A stretch of DNA of 32,111 nt, from NCBI GenBank assembly GCA_045837725.1, contig JBEWZL010000224.1, positions 1-32,111 on the forward strand, given 5' to 3'. Below, one piece after another: positions 15,551-27,400 of the stretch (its first letter is position 1; each line of letters begins with the position of its first letter). The notes below the pieces were generated by a model that was given only the letters and a program-made list of their open reading frames with translations, was not told the origin of the DNA and ran no database searches. Position numbers and translations under genes: made by a program. This DNA comes from Vermamoeba vermiformis. Its lineage: Eukaryota.

Positions 15551-17702
15551 ATGAGCAGCTGCACGTCTCCGCAAGTTGCTAATCGCGGAGGCTGTCCCAC
15601 GGCTAACGTGGAGTCAGTCCCTACCGCGTTAGGAACCAAAGGAGACAGGCAGCATGCCGGAATTAATTATTCGGATGTGGTGTTTGGCTTTAATTCATTG
15701 TTCGAGCAATCAACAACATCAAAAATTTCTATAGAGTAAGTAATAGTATTTATTTAATTTAACGGGTATTAATTAAATATTTCAGTTTTGTTGTTTGGCG
15801 AGTGATGCAATATTCTAAGCTTGATAATGCACACTTCGAGCGCGTAAAGACTTGTTTGGTCAAATACTTGGCAGGAGAATTACGAATTTATTATAAAAAT
15901 AATGTTCGAGCAAAACTTCGAGGTATGAACAAGTGATCCGGTGCAATATTAGACTGCTGACAATTAAATTATAGTTAGTGATACAATAGATAGCGCATTA
16001 AGTGCCGCCAGGCAGTTTAATTCAATGGGAACACCCGAGACTGTCCGTACTTTCCAGCTGGCCGATACGGAGAGTCCTCTGCGGGTATATTCCGACGTAA
16101 TGCCCATTGATGCGTATTCTAGATTTAAAGTCAGCCTTATGGAAGACACCTTATTGTACCACGAGTGCAAATGGCTTAAAGGAAACCTAGCAAAAACAAA
16201 AAGGTTGTACGCCGCTTTCGGGCAATGCCATACCGGCATGTTTTACAAGTAAGTAAGAACTATAACTATTCTTTCATTACTTTTGCTAATACGGCAGTGC
16301 AGTGGAATTTATTTGCCGGCGGACACTAGCTGTCCGGAGTCCGTGCGATTCATAATAGAGAGTGCTTTGAAGACGGGATTAATGATCTCGAAGTCTCTCT
16401 GTGTAATGATCACAGTATACCCTCCCTGTGACAAAGACACCAGTATAACGGCGCGTGCCGCCGGAAAGAAGATGCACGGGATGGCTTACCACTCCGATGG
16501 TATGGATTGTAGTGTGCAATAATGCAGGGCATTGACTAGTGCTTTATTTAGGAGCTGACAAGACGCAAGGATTGTACCTTGGGGATCCTAGTAAAGTCGC
16601 TGTGCACACTTTTTCGGGGTTTATTGACCCTTTGAACATCGGGCGACAAGTTGCATGCAATGACTGGTACTTCACTGTCAAGCATAATGAATCGGGTGTG
16701 GAGACTCCTTTTCAATTGCACGACAACTGTTTGTTAGTTCAACCACGCGGCATGCAGACAGCGTACAAACACAAAGTGCACGGCACGTACAACAGTTTCA
16801 TGCGTTGGGTTGCGACTGTACGGGATGTGGACGGAGATTACCTGCAAGCATGGTTGTGTAGAAAGAAGAAAGTTGTTGAAGCCGCTAAGTTCTCAAAGCA
16901 TCAAAGCCTCAGAGAATGGCTCACCCCGAGCGAACAGTGGATTGTGCGCAGATTAGCTAAACCCTCAAGGCCTCCCACGGAGTGTTCAGCTGTAGTCCTC
17001 GGCACCTGCGTTAACTGCAAGCAAGCTCCGTCGAAAGGTAGTAAGGCAAAGGATCAAAATGTAGCAAATATTAACTTCATTTCAGATCAACGCTGCTGCC
17101 CAAGCCCCGTTGTTTACGGGGATTGCGACCTGCAAATTGGACTCTCATATACAAAGGACTCGGTTTTCCAGTCATCGTTCTTTTCGCGTTCGGATCTTGG
17201 AGCAAGCATGGAAAAAAGCAAGGAATATGGGATCGCCGCAATGTACCTTACTTCTCAGCATCGTTTGAATGACTGGAGTCGCTGGAATTGCAAGACTCGG
17301 CCTACAATTCGGATCGCTGGTGCGGGTGGCAGAAAGAAGCAACGAAATCAGTAAGTTCAGTTGTATTATCATACCCAACGTAACACTTGCCAGGTGGCAC
17401 CATGTAGCACCGCAGTCACTAGCACAGAATTCTGCGTTCTTTTTCAATATCACTCACGGTACTCCCGTACGAATCTTGGTTCAGGATGACAAAGACACGG
17501 ACTGTTTCATTTACACCGGTAAGCTTCTGTCTTTAATGATTGCAACGTGAACTGAGCATTATTATTAGGCCTGTGGCGCGTGTACAACAGTATGTTACAT
17601 GCCGGAGATGCCGCATCGGATGGCCAACCTGTGTTCCTGACGACACTTCTTCGAGAAGAAAGCTTTAATTACGAATTAACAAAGGAGACATTCGTAAATT
17701 AG
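15551..17702 (+). CDS. AlkB-like 2OG-Fe(II) dioxygenase fused to a C-terminal SRA/SAD-like domain (transposon cargo, ~600 aa, 6-7 introns)
   Basis: AlkB-like part: KRLYAAFG...FYNG, HSD (16490-16498), VAVHTFSG, LHDNCLLVQPRGMQTAYKHKV and RWVATVR (HxD...H...Rx5R). SRA-like part: VYGDCDLQIG, GIAAMYL, AGAGGRKK, QSLAQNSAF, GTPVRILV, FIYTGLWRV and PVFLTTLLR. Stop TAG at 17700-17702. The ATG could alternatively be at 15515. Confidence 0.78.
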
Positions 17703-17747
17703 AATTGTAAGTTTATCCGTGCGTCTAAAACAGAATCTTATCGTGGT

Positions 17748-20329
17748 TCAGTTTTGTTCTCGAGTGTGTATCAGTCGAGCAATTATTGTCTTGCCCTGCA
17801 CACTCGTCACCGTGCACAGCCAAGCTATGTTCGACACTTGTATGAATTGTTCTTCCTTTGATTCGTCAACCAGAAGCAAGGAGCCGTCGTTATAGGGAGC
17901 TGTTGTTACATGGTTCGTCGAAGCAACTAAGTCGATTCCATGTGCCGAAGCCCTGATGAGAAAGAAGTTGACTCGTCGCACAACTTCATTATGGGCCTCT
18001 TTGCACAGCACATAGTGACTGCAGCGCTTGGCATTTGGATGTCGGCTAAAAGTGTACTTTTTGCCGCAAAATATTTGCGACCCCTTCTTTAGCTTAAAAA
18101 AGCGCCACAGCTCAACATCATTGACTGGAAATAACAGCAAAAGTGCAGCATTCTCTACCGGTGAGCATTTGTATTTCTTTACTCGATCCAAAATTTGTGT
18201 GCCGTTGGGCATTTTTCTGTTCCATTCAATGTTAGGAGTCGTTGTAGCTATGTCTAACCTCTTGAAGACGGCATGACTTGTATCTTTGTTGCTAAATTTG
18301 TCTCTGATTAGGTACTGACTGTTGGTTAAGATCGCAATTAACAAAAGCTGCTCGGATTGACTCGCGTTCGTCCCTTGAACGTGCGAGATTATTGCTCCCA
18401 TCTTGTGTTCATAAGGAAAGGCGGCGTGGGTCCAGAATGCACCAAAGTTGATGACTTGTTGGGGTAAGTGTATCAGGCAGTGGAGATTGATTGTGCACGC
18501 ACTAACCTGATACAAAGTAGGAAATGTGCGGACAAATTCAAAAAGCAAATCGCTTGCCTTTTCTATCATGGAAATTGTGATGCTTGGTGCCCACAAAAGG
18601 TGTAATGCGGAGCAAAGCAGCTTCAGATGCGACCAATACTTTTCCTCGAGGAATGGTTCTAGGACGGGGATGGCAAGGTAAAGGAGCCAATACTTGTGTT
18701 CGTGTGCTGTACTTTGTTAAAACAATTTATAGGTGTACTATTTACCTTTCCACGACCCAAAGTCATCAATTCTTCGTGGTCTTGACTCGCGACCATATGG
18801 TATTGTTATTGTCTCATGTATGCGATTGATTTCGGCAATGTGCTTCTTGATGCTGAAAGCCCTATCTGTGTATCTGTCGGTAATCCACAGTGTCCACAAA
18901 AGGTTTCCGATGTTCAAGCACACGCAATGCATTGGATCTACTACACTTTGGGCAATGATGTCAAAGTATGGCAATAAGTACAATGGACTTAATCCGGCGA
19001 CTCCAAATGATGCACGGCCACTTCGAACGGCTTCTAGGGCAAGTTGTCTGGTCCTGAAGTGTGTTCGAAGTATTGGCAGATCATTTGTCACGGTTACAAA
19101 TCTCATGCTGCCATCGGCATAGATTCCTTGTATCTCGCACACGGTGCAGCCAAACATTGCCGTGCAACTCTCGAAATTCATGATTGGAGCCTGCAATACG
19201 TAAGTAATCGAAAAGTAATGCAGTCTCTACCTTAGCCTTTAAATCCGCAGTTATATATAGCAATATTGCACGCACTTTCCATTGTTCGTAGTCCAATGGA
19301 GTTCGAAACAGTTGCACGAGCTCATTTACAAACGGCTTCAAAAATACTTGCATATTTGGGCTTCCTGACCCGATCCATAAGCAGTTCATAAGCATGTTCT
19401 CTTCTTTGAATCTCTCATTTGGCGGTAAATTATTTATCGATGTAAATAATGGCCACAGATGAATGCCGGAGCCGAACATTACTCCCCCGTCGATGTTGAC
19501 ACCAAGAGCCAAGTCAAATGGAGTGTTGAATAAGCCATGTTCCCGGCGCAATCTACTCCAAACCGCACCATCGGCAATGTCGTCAATGGTGTCTTTTGGC
19601 TGTCTCTGGTTGTCGAAGTTCTTTATGAGCGTGCTAACAAACGAAACATCTATAGTTGTCAAAATGGTATCGGTGCGTAATCATATTAATAATACCTTTC
19701 AGTTTCTCGTGCAATAATTCTTTCAAAGGAATGTATAAAAAGCTATTTTTCATTCTCGGTTCCCCGTGAGCTGATGCCAAGTAGCGAGCTTCATGGCAAA
19801 TCGGGCAGAGTTGCTCTCCCGGCTCGTAAATGCGAGAACATGGGTCACAATAATCGTAGTGTTTGAATTTATCCTTTAGATAACTCCAGTTCTGTGTTAA
19901 TTTATTAGCAAAAGTATAACCGAGCATGCAACCTGCCTTATAAAATTGATTCTTGTTTGTCGGAAGAGGGCTTCCGGGATAAGCAAAATCAATTAGCGCT
20001 AGTAATGCATCCAATTGAGTGCCGCCAACTTTGAATTTGAGAATGTACTTGAGGAGAAGCAAGCTGAATTCCAGTGTTGTTATAGTCGATTTCTTTGACA
20101 ATAGAACGTCCAAACCCGTGAACTCAAACTGATCTCGATTACAATCCACTTCCTCTTCCTCGGAGAAATCAATATTACGACTATAAGCCAGATCAAATTA
20201 ATACTGGAATTAAATCAGTAAATCTTACTTATCATTGGCCAATAAGGGTAGTTCAACAGTGTTCTCTATTGCCGTTATACGGTTATTATTTGACAGGGCT
20301 CTTTTCGCCGTCCGTGGTGTTCGAATCAT
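17748..20329 (-). CDS. CACTA/EnSpm Tnp2 (TnpD)-like DDE transposase, multi-exon
   Basis: CxxC...CPxC knuckle, DIADGAVW, VNIDGG, LWPL...NNLPPNERF, FLKPFVNEL, ADLKAK, GCTVC, DPMH, HCLIHLPQQV..FG and FPYE. The four track ORFs are separated by short GT-AG intron-like segments. Confidence 0.88.
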
Positions 20330-20394
20330 GATGTGATACAAATAACAAAAACACAAATCAAAATCAAATCAACAAATCAATTATTCAATCAACA

Positions 20395-21895
20395 ATGGAT
20401 CATTACGAACAGTTATTAGATAGGCTAACGACTTTCTTATTAAAGTCAGAGAACTCGGCGAGGGCTCTCATACCTGACCAAAATATCAAAGGATTTATCA
20501 GCCGTTTGGTTAATGCTGCCCTGCAAGCACGAGTAAGTCATGTAACGTCGATGGCATTTATTTATTCTATTTAGTTTGCACTCGCTGCCAACGTAACGGT
20601 GGAATGCCTATATGACTTGCCTGCAAGTGCAATTGATGAAATGGTGGTAACCGCTCAATTAGGCAACCCCAACAACAAGCTTGACTGCTTAATTGAGCAT
20701 CTCTTTTCATCTGCTATTATAACTTGGCTAGAAGATCACTCAACGATTAATAACCTAAAAGTATTTGTAGCCGCTAATGACATTGGTGACAAACTGTACG
20801 GGTCAACAGGCAGAGTATTAAGTGCCAAGGTAGACTTTGTTAGACAATTTGTATTGCTGGCAATGTCACCCAATCCAAAGGAGCTCGCACTACAAAATGC
20901 CGGTGCTAAGCATGTTGTAAGTAAATATTTTACTTTTCGAGCTCTGCTGACAGTGTTGACCTAGCCACCAGCTAAACAAAGTACTCAAACTCGTAAGTGT
21001 TGAATAAGTAGTGATTCACTCTAATAAAAAATAGGAGAGGCTACACGTGCACAGGCAAGGCAATTGTTTGAGTCACGCCAAGCTCTCCAATTACAAAGCT
21101 TGGCAGCACCTAGTGAAGTCCCTGCACGTCCTAGAATACAAGTAGACGAGGAAGATAATCAAGCTCGAACCAAGTTTAGCCTGACAACTGGAGATTTGGC
21201 AACACTAACACAAGGGCAGCTTTTATGGACAGCCAAAGAAATGCAGAGAAAGTTGCGAGAGTATAAGGTTTGTATTCAATTTGTGTGTTAGTGGCTCACT
21301 TTTCTACGCACACAGAATCATCAGCTTGTGCTCCCGGAACAACTCCGCTCCGACCCTCGTTATTCTTGGCCAAGTGAAGCCAAAGGAATTGAACTAAAGA
21401 AGCAAATGCTTGCCAGTGGAACTTGGCCCATCACTCTTAATTCGAACAGAAATCAAACGCACTGGTTAAGTAAACTCTTGTTTCACACCGGAATTAATTG
21501 GCAGGAAGGGTCCATCAAGCAACTTGTAAGTGACCAGTATTTAATAACCGAGTCTAATTCTCAATTAGTTGCTTGATAGTCAACCAACCATCGATGCAAT
21601 TGTTTCCCTATTTCGCGCGATGGAAATTTCACATTGGCTGCAACCAAAACCAGAACTCTACACGTATCCAGTTTTTATTCAACAACTCCTCAAAACAATT
21701 ATTATTAATGCCCGCTCCGACGTCAAAAAAGGAAGATCTACAGTCAATGTATTGTATTTGAGACAAGGCGGAGATCAGCCGGCAAAACACATTTATCTCC
21801 CAAAGCGACACAAGCATGCTTCCAACAATAGCAACAGGCAAAATAATCTTGACGATGATGAGGATGGCATGGTAATTGATATGCCATCCGATTAA
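20395..21895 (+). CDS. Hypothetical transposon accessory protein (TnpA-position gene), multi-exon
   Basis: Starts MDHYEQLLDRL. Track ORFs 20599, 21064, 21328 and 21569 are linked by short GT-AG introns, including a microexon near 20965-20992. Acidic/Asn-rich tail. No family recognised. Confidence 0.65.
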
Positions 21896-22510
21896 TGCGA
21901 ATAGAATCACAATAAAAATTAATTAAATTTAATCCCCAAATTCTTGCTCGCATTTAATGGCTAGTCCGTGCCTACCAGCATTTTGTTTAATTGCTAAATT
22001 TTGATCGCATTATCATACCCGTATTAGTTGACTCACTTTTCGCGACTAGCCAAAAGATAGTAGGAAAACGGCAACAAGCCGAGTAGCTTTTCGAGACAAA
22101 ATATGAATAGCCAAAGTTGATTTGCTATCCGCGTAAATTTTGCTCAGGATTTTGCTCGACCGCCAAAAAAAGTGAGTTCAGATCATAAAATTAATAAAAT
22201 AATATCCTGTTCGCGCTGTCTGCATTTCGTTGTTGCACATAATTACAACGAGGAGTCTGCGCCACAAATGCAATGCAATTAAATTAAGCAAATTACATCA
22301 GGTGTTTTTGGCGATCACTGGATCATCCGTGATCCGCACAACAATCAATTTCTCGTAATTCCTACTAGCCATCGTTAAATTTATTACGTTAAAGAGCAGG
22401 TAGTCGAGCAAAGGAAAGTTCAACGAACTTATCAGCTGTCAATATCCTTAAACCAAGGTTTTTTGGGCATAAAGGGTCCCAAAAAATCACAGTTTTGCAG
22501 TTATTTAAAT

Positions 22511-24441
22511 ATGAAGAGCACAACGGTAGTCATCATTGTCGCAATCATTTTTTTCTGCGAGGCACGGAGCACATCCGTCGTTTGGAAACGCTGTCCTGAT
22601 GATAGCCTCACGAGACTTGCGCATGTAAAGAGGTAAGCTGGTATGATGTTATTATTTTCTCGATAATATTGATTTAATAGTCTTCATAGTGCTGTTTTTC
22701 AGTGCACCTCGATCGAAGTCCCGCTCGACTGGGCCAATCCTGCCAATTCCAAAACAATAAGTTATTTTATATTGCGTGCATACAATAGTTCTTTGTCCCA
22801 ACCACCCTCCGAACAACTTTGGATGATTCAAGGAGGTCCTGGTGCTTCAGGTGCAGGTCTCGAAGATGCAGCACTCAATGTAGCTTCACAAATGAATCGT
22901 CAAGTCACAGTGTATGTTCCTGACAATCGTGGCACTGGCTTGTCATCGTGTTTGGGCTGTAACATCACTGAATGTAAATGGCAGCCAAATTTGATGGACA
23001 TCAACTACAAACTCTGCGCGAAGAAGTTATTTGAGCAATACGGCACTGACAGTACTTACTTTACGACCACAAATGCCGCCTTGGATATCGACAATGCGAT
23101 CAGCTTGATCAAACAATCGGAACAAGTGTCCAAGGTGTATATTTACGGCGTCTCTTACGGCACTTATGTTGCGAATCGATTTGGATTGATTGCACTGAAC
23201 AAACCAGATGCAATAGTGCTCGATAGTACGTCCTTAATATTAACCAAAACGAGCACCACTAATCTTATTTATCAGGCCTGTGTCCAGCTGACATTTGTCG
23301 TATTGACATGTACGACAGGAATTGGGACTTTGTTGCTCGTTCAGTGTTCACGTTGTGCGGGCTAGAGAGCAAAACGTGCAGAAAATACTTGGGTCCAAAT
23401 CCAAACGAATTGGCACAGCTAGGTATGCACGCGGATCCTCGTGTACCCGATTGACTTACTCTCATAATTGACTTTTCGCTTGTTAGTTCAAACTCATTTC
23501 GAACAAAAGCTTCCTTTTTGCAACGGTGCAGTGAACATTACTTTCGACCAGTTTTACGACGCCACCCTCCGATTCGTTCCAGCGGGCTACAATCGCGAGC
23601 TGATAGCACCTTTAATCAACAGGTAGGCGGAAGAATGCAAAATTATTTCTTTAATTTAATTTCTGACTACTGTAGGTTTATCCGATGTTCGCCAACAGAC
23701 ATTGCCGAACTCAACTATGCCTTCAAGTCGTTATCTTTATATTACGCAGAAAATCGTCGTCGTATATCTGTATCTCTACCTATTATGCTCACAGTGACCC
23801 TCTCTGAAATATTCGACTCCGATCCAGAGCATCCGTTATCCCTTGAAGAACACACAGGAATCGAGGTAACACTACGAAGTAAAGCTGCGCAGTAGACTAA
23901 TTATTGTTTTAGCGCACTTTACTGTTCTCGCCGAGAATTACCCTAGCAGCAGCTATTGCTCGTCCCTATTGGCTGACGTACAAGCCCGATCAGTTTTGGA
24001 ATGCATATTATTCTGAAGATATTCCGACTTTGATCTTGCAGGGCGAGCTCGATCCGCAAACACCTCACTTCTACGGCATTCATGCGATAAGCAACTATAA
24101 CAAGCCTTATCAATATCTCGTCTCTTTTCCGTACACGCCGCATGAAACTGTTCGCAGCGACAAGGTGCGTAGTGTTACTAATTACGAACGTATCACAACT
24201 AACCAAGTCATTTAGGCAAACTGTGGAGCTCAAGTCATGGCATCATTTTTGAACAATCCGACAGGGGACATCGATACTTCGTGCACGAGTCAAGTGTTGC
24301 CTATCGATTTTGAAGGTACGTTTAAAAGTATGTAGGTGTTTGAATTAAGCACCTAAACTCTTTTTCTAAGGCACAACAGCCGCAGCAAAGCAGGCCTCGC
24401 AGTCATTCTTTGGCACGCCGTTGTTATGGGGAACTGAATGA
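22511..24441 (+). CDS. Secreted alpha/beta hydrolase, peptidase S33/TAP-like
   Basis: Signal-peptide-like start MKSTTVVIIVAIIFFC, then EVPLDW, QGGPG, DNRGTGLS, nucleophile GVSYG, QGELDPQTP (Asp) and PYTPH (His). Confidence 0.85.
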
Positions 24442-24496
24442 ATGGACTCAAGCGGTACAAATAAAACTGGAAGTGCGGTTGAAATTATATTGACAT

Positions 24497-27400
24497 TTAC
24501 AGTTTAGAAAGCAATGGAAAATCGGCGATGAGACCGCGCATCGTCTCGGTCTGACTTTCGCCTTTGAATCCACTCTTTCGCAAATTTTGTACACGAGTGA
24601 CAAATTCACCAAAAACAGCGTCATCTCGATAACTAAAGAAGTTCATGTTAGTTTAATGTTATTTGGGTTGATTTTACGTGGTCCCACTTACGTGTCGGTC
24701 AGTTTGATGTTTTGGCCGTAGTTCTCCAAGGCAATGACTTTCATCGCTTGCAGTGCACTGACAGCTGTCTTAAGCGTGTCCGACGAACAACTCTCTTGAC
24801 AGCTCAACTTGCCCTCGTTGACAAGTGTCTCGCACAGCCATTGCATGCGTTGAAGTACAGAGTGGTAGCCGAGACCGTTGGGCTTCAAGTTGAACAGTAC
24901 CACACTGGCGATCCAGTAGGAGTCGATGAAGGGCCAGATCAAGTTGCCATAAAAGGTAATGGCGCCTTGTGCGTCTTTTTCTTGCGACAGACTTACGTTG
25001 TTGTCACCGTCAACTTTGATCACGCGTTGCTTTGCAAGGTCATCAAAGACGTCATCGAAGTTCTATCAAAATGTTAGTTTCCTGAGCATGCCGGTACTTA
25101 TTTGTATGAAATACCTCTTTAGACTCGGGGTTCAACTTGTAGACGAACTCATACTTCAATAGCTCGGCAACGAACTGAGCCTCAGCAAGCAAGTCAGCCT
25201 TGGGCACGGAGGATTGATTTTTATCTGAGAAAGTGTTAGCAACGCCATTCACACAGCACTCAATATACCATTTCTCTTACTAAAAGTCATGCTGACTAAC
25301 GCAACAATCAAAAATCCGTCGCGAGCAAAGAGATGTCCGAGCGAGTTACGGTAAATGCTGTGCACTAGCGTCGTATCTGGCGCCATTTGTATCATGTCTT
25401 TGCGCTCAGTGACCTATTAGCTGTGATTAGTATTGCTAGATAAAGGTTCTAATCTTCGCACCAATTGGCCCATCATGTGCAAGCCGTGAGTGGTCACTTG
25501 ACCAGCAGTCATGTTCGCAATCCAGTCCATGCAGCCTGTGTTACGGCGATAGATTTCATTCAACAACCAATCAACTTTAGCAATTAGTTGTTGTCTGTCA
25601 AAAAGTAGTGTCAGTACACGTAACTAAAAAAAAAGCAGAATTACGCTTACTTCGATATGCCTAGTCGGTACGTCATCAATATTGACGAAATGATTGAAGA
25701 AGGGCTCCAAACAATCTTCTGGTTCAATGCAAGAATAATCTCTTGCCCCAACACCACGCTGATGTCACGGCGGTCCTTGGCGTGCTTGAACGGATCGAAG
25801 CTGGGATTCTTTGTTTTCATCGCCTCAGTATATTCCTAGATACAAGTATTAATTGAGGTACGCGAGGGCAAGCACAAAAAAAGCAAAAGAACCATCATTG
25901 CCAAAAGCAAAAAAGAAATACGCCCGCTGTGGGGCTCGAACCCACGACCACACGGTTAAGAGCCGTGCGCTCTACCGACTGAGCTAAGCGGGCTGGCGTT
26001 GATTTGGCTTTCAACAAAATTTTCGCCGCGTCATTAGAGAGCAGACCGAACCCACGCACATCTCCAACGAAACCGTGTTTTTCTCGTATCGCTTACCTTC
26101 GCGCATTTTCGAAGTGATATAGGCTTGCCAACTTTTAGAGAGATCCTTCCAAAGTCCTCCGCTAAAACAGATCGTGCCTTCAGCAGATTCTCCAAGCTTT
26201 CCTTTTTCTTGCTTTCGCCGAGGAGCTCGCGAGCATAAGGAACGGCCTCAATTAGGCGTTCATAGTTCAAGGTGATTGGCACGTAAGAAATCTCCTCTAT
26301 GCATCAAATGTTAGGTTACGCGCAACAAAAATTCGAATGGCGATCTGGCGTACCGTAGTCTCCTTCAAAATATTTGTCGTTGATGATAGAAACAAGACCC
26401 AGCTTCGGTTGCAACAACTTTCCACTGCGGCTGCGTGTTCCTTCGATGAAGAACTCGAAGGGAAGTCCTTGGCCGATCAGCTGTTGCACGTACTCGGTGA
26501 AGATGGCGTTATACAGCACATCACCGCGGAATGTCCGACGAAGGAAGAATGCACCTCCCTTGCGCAGTAGAGTAGCAACGAATGATAGACCTAAGAAATC
26601 CTCGCCTGCAGCAATGTGTGGCACTGGAATGTCATACGCAAAGAGCACGAATGACACGATCAAAAAGTCAATGTAACTCTTGTGCGTAGGAACAATAATG
26701 ACCGGTCCTCGTTGAAGCAGGTCAGGTAGCTAAGAAGCCCGTATTAGTAACTAAAACTAAGTCCTTCGTAAGCCGTGAAAAGTACCGTTTTCAGCATGTC
26801 CTCGTTGATCTCAACTTGTCGGTAAATACTTCGCCAGACTTTTCGGAAGAACCACGCGAGGCCACGAATGACATTTAATTGAAGGCTAAAGCTTATTAGT
26901 AATGTGATTCTCAAATACCATCGTTAACATACGTTGCGGCCATGCGCTCAAAGATCTCGTCAGCTTTCTTTTCCAAAGATGAAGCAGGAATGCCTTTTTG
27001 TTCACTCACTCTGTAATACCAATTAATAACAATCACAGGCGATACTACTGGAAGATTACGTACTTGGCAATAGCTTCTTGCACGCGTCTTGAAGTCAACA
27101 CTGAGTCACGCAAGTTACCCGCTGTTTCGGGAATAGTAATCTGATAAAGTTAATTAGCTTGATTGCGCTTATCGACGTAAATACTATTCATACCTCTTTT
27201 GAAGCATTAAGCGCAAATCTGAGATCCGGGAACAATTTCTTTTCAATAGAAGAATGTCCATCGATGTCTCTGCTCGGTAGTCTATTGTACAATAAATCTT
27301 CTAATCGTGGCTCTTCGATTTCTTCCTTCAACACGAATCTTTGGAGACCTACACGTGTGATATTAGAACGTAATTTCTAGGTAAAGAACTATCGTACCGT

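Larger units (their letters stand above)
15217..22148. mobile_element. CACTA/EnSpm-superfamily-like DNA transposon with three genes (~6.9 kb)
   Basis: Contains a Tnp2-like transposase. Ends read AT|CCTGA...TCAGG|AT (very short TIR, candidate 2-bp AT target duplication). Subterminal GCGGGTAG repeats at the left end, with inverted TGCTATCCGC at 22123-22132. Exact boundaries are inferred. Confidence 0.78.

Noticed and set aside
16283-16830. TET/JBP assignment for the cargo dioxygenase
   Set aside because: The distal H followed by Rx5R, the LLVQPRGMQ segment and the RLYAAFG motif fit AlkB (ALKBH2/3-like) better than TET/JBP.
17748-20149. Frameshifted, pseudogenised transposase
   Set aside because: The ORF breaks coincide with GT-AG intron-like segments of typical length.
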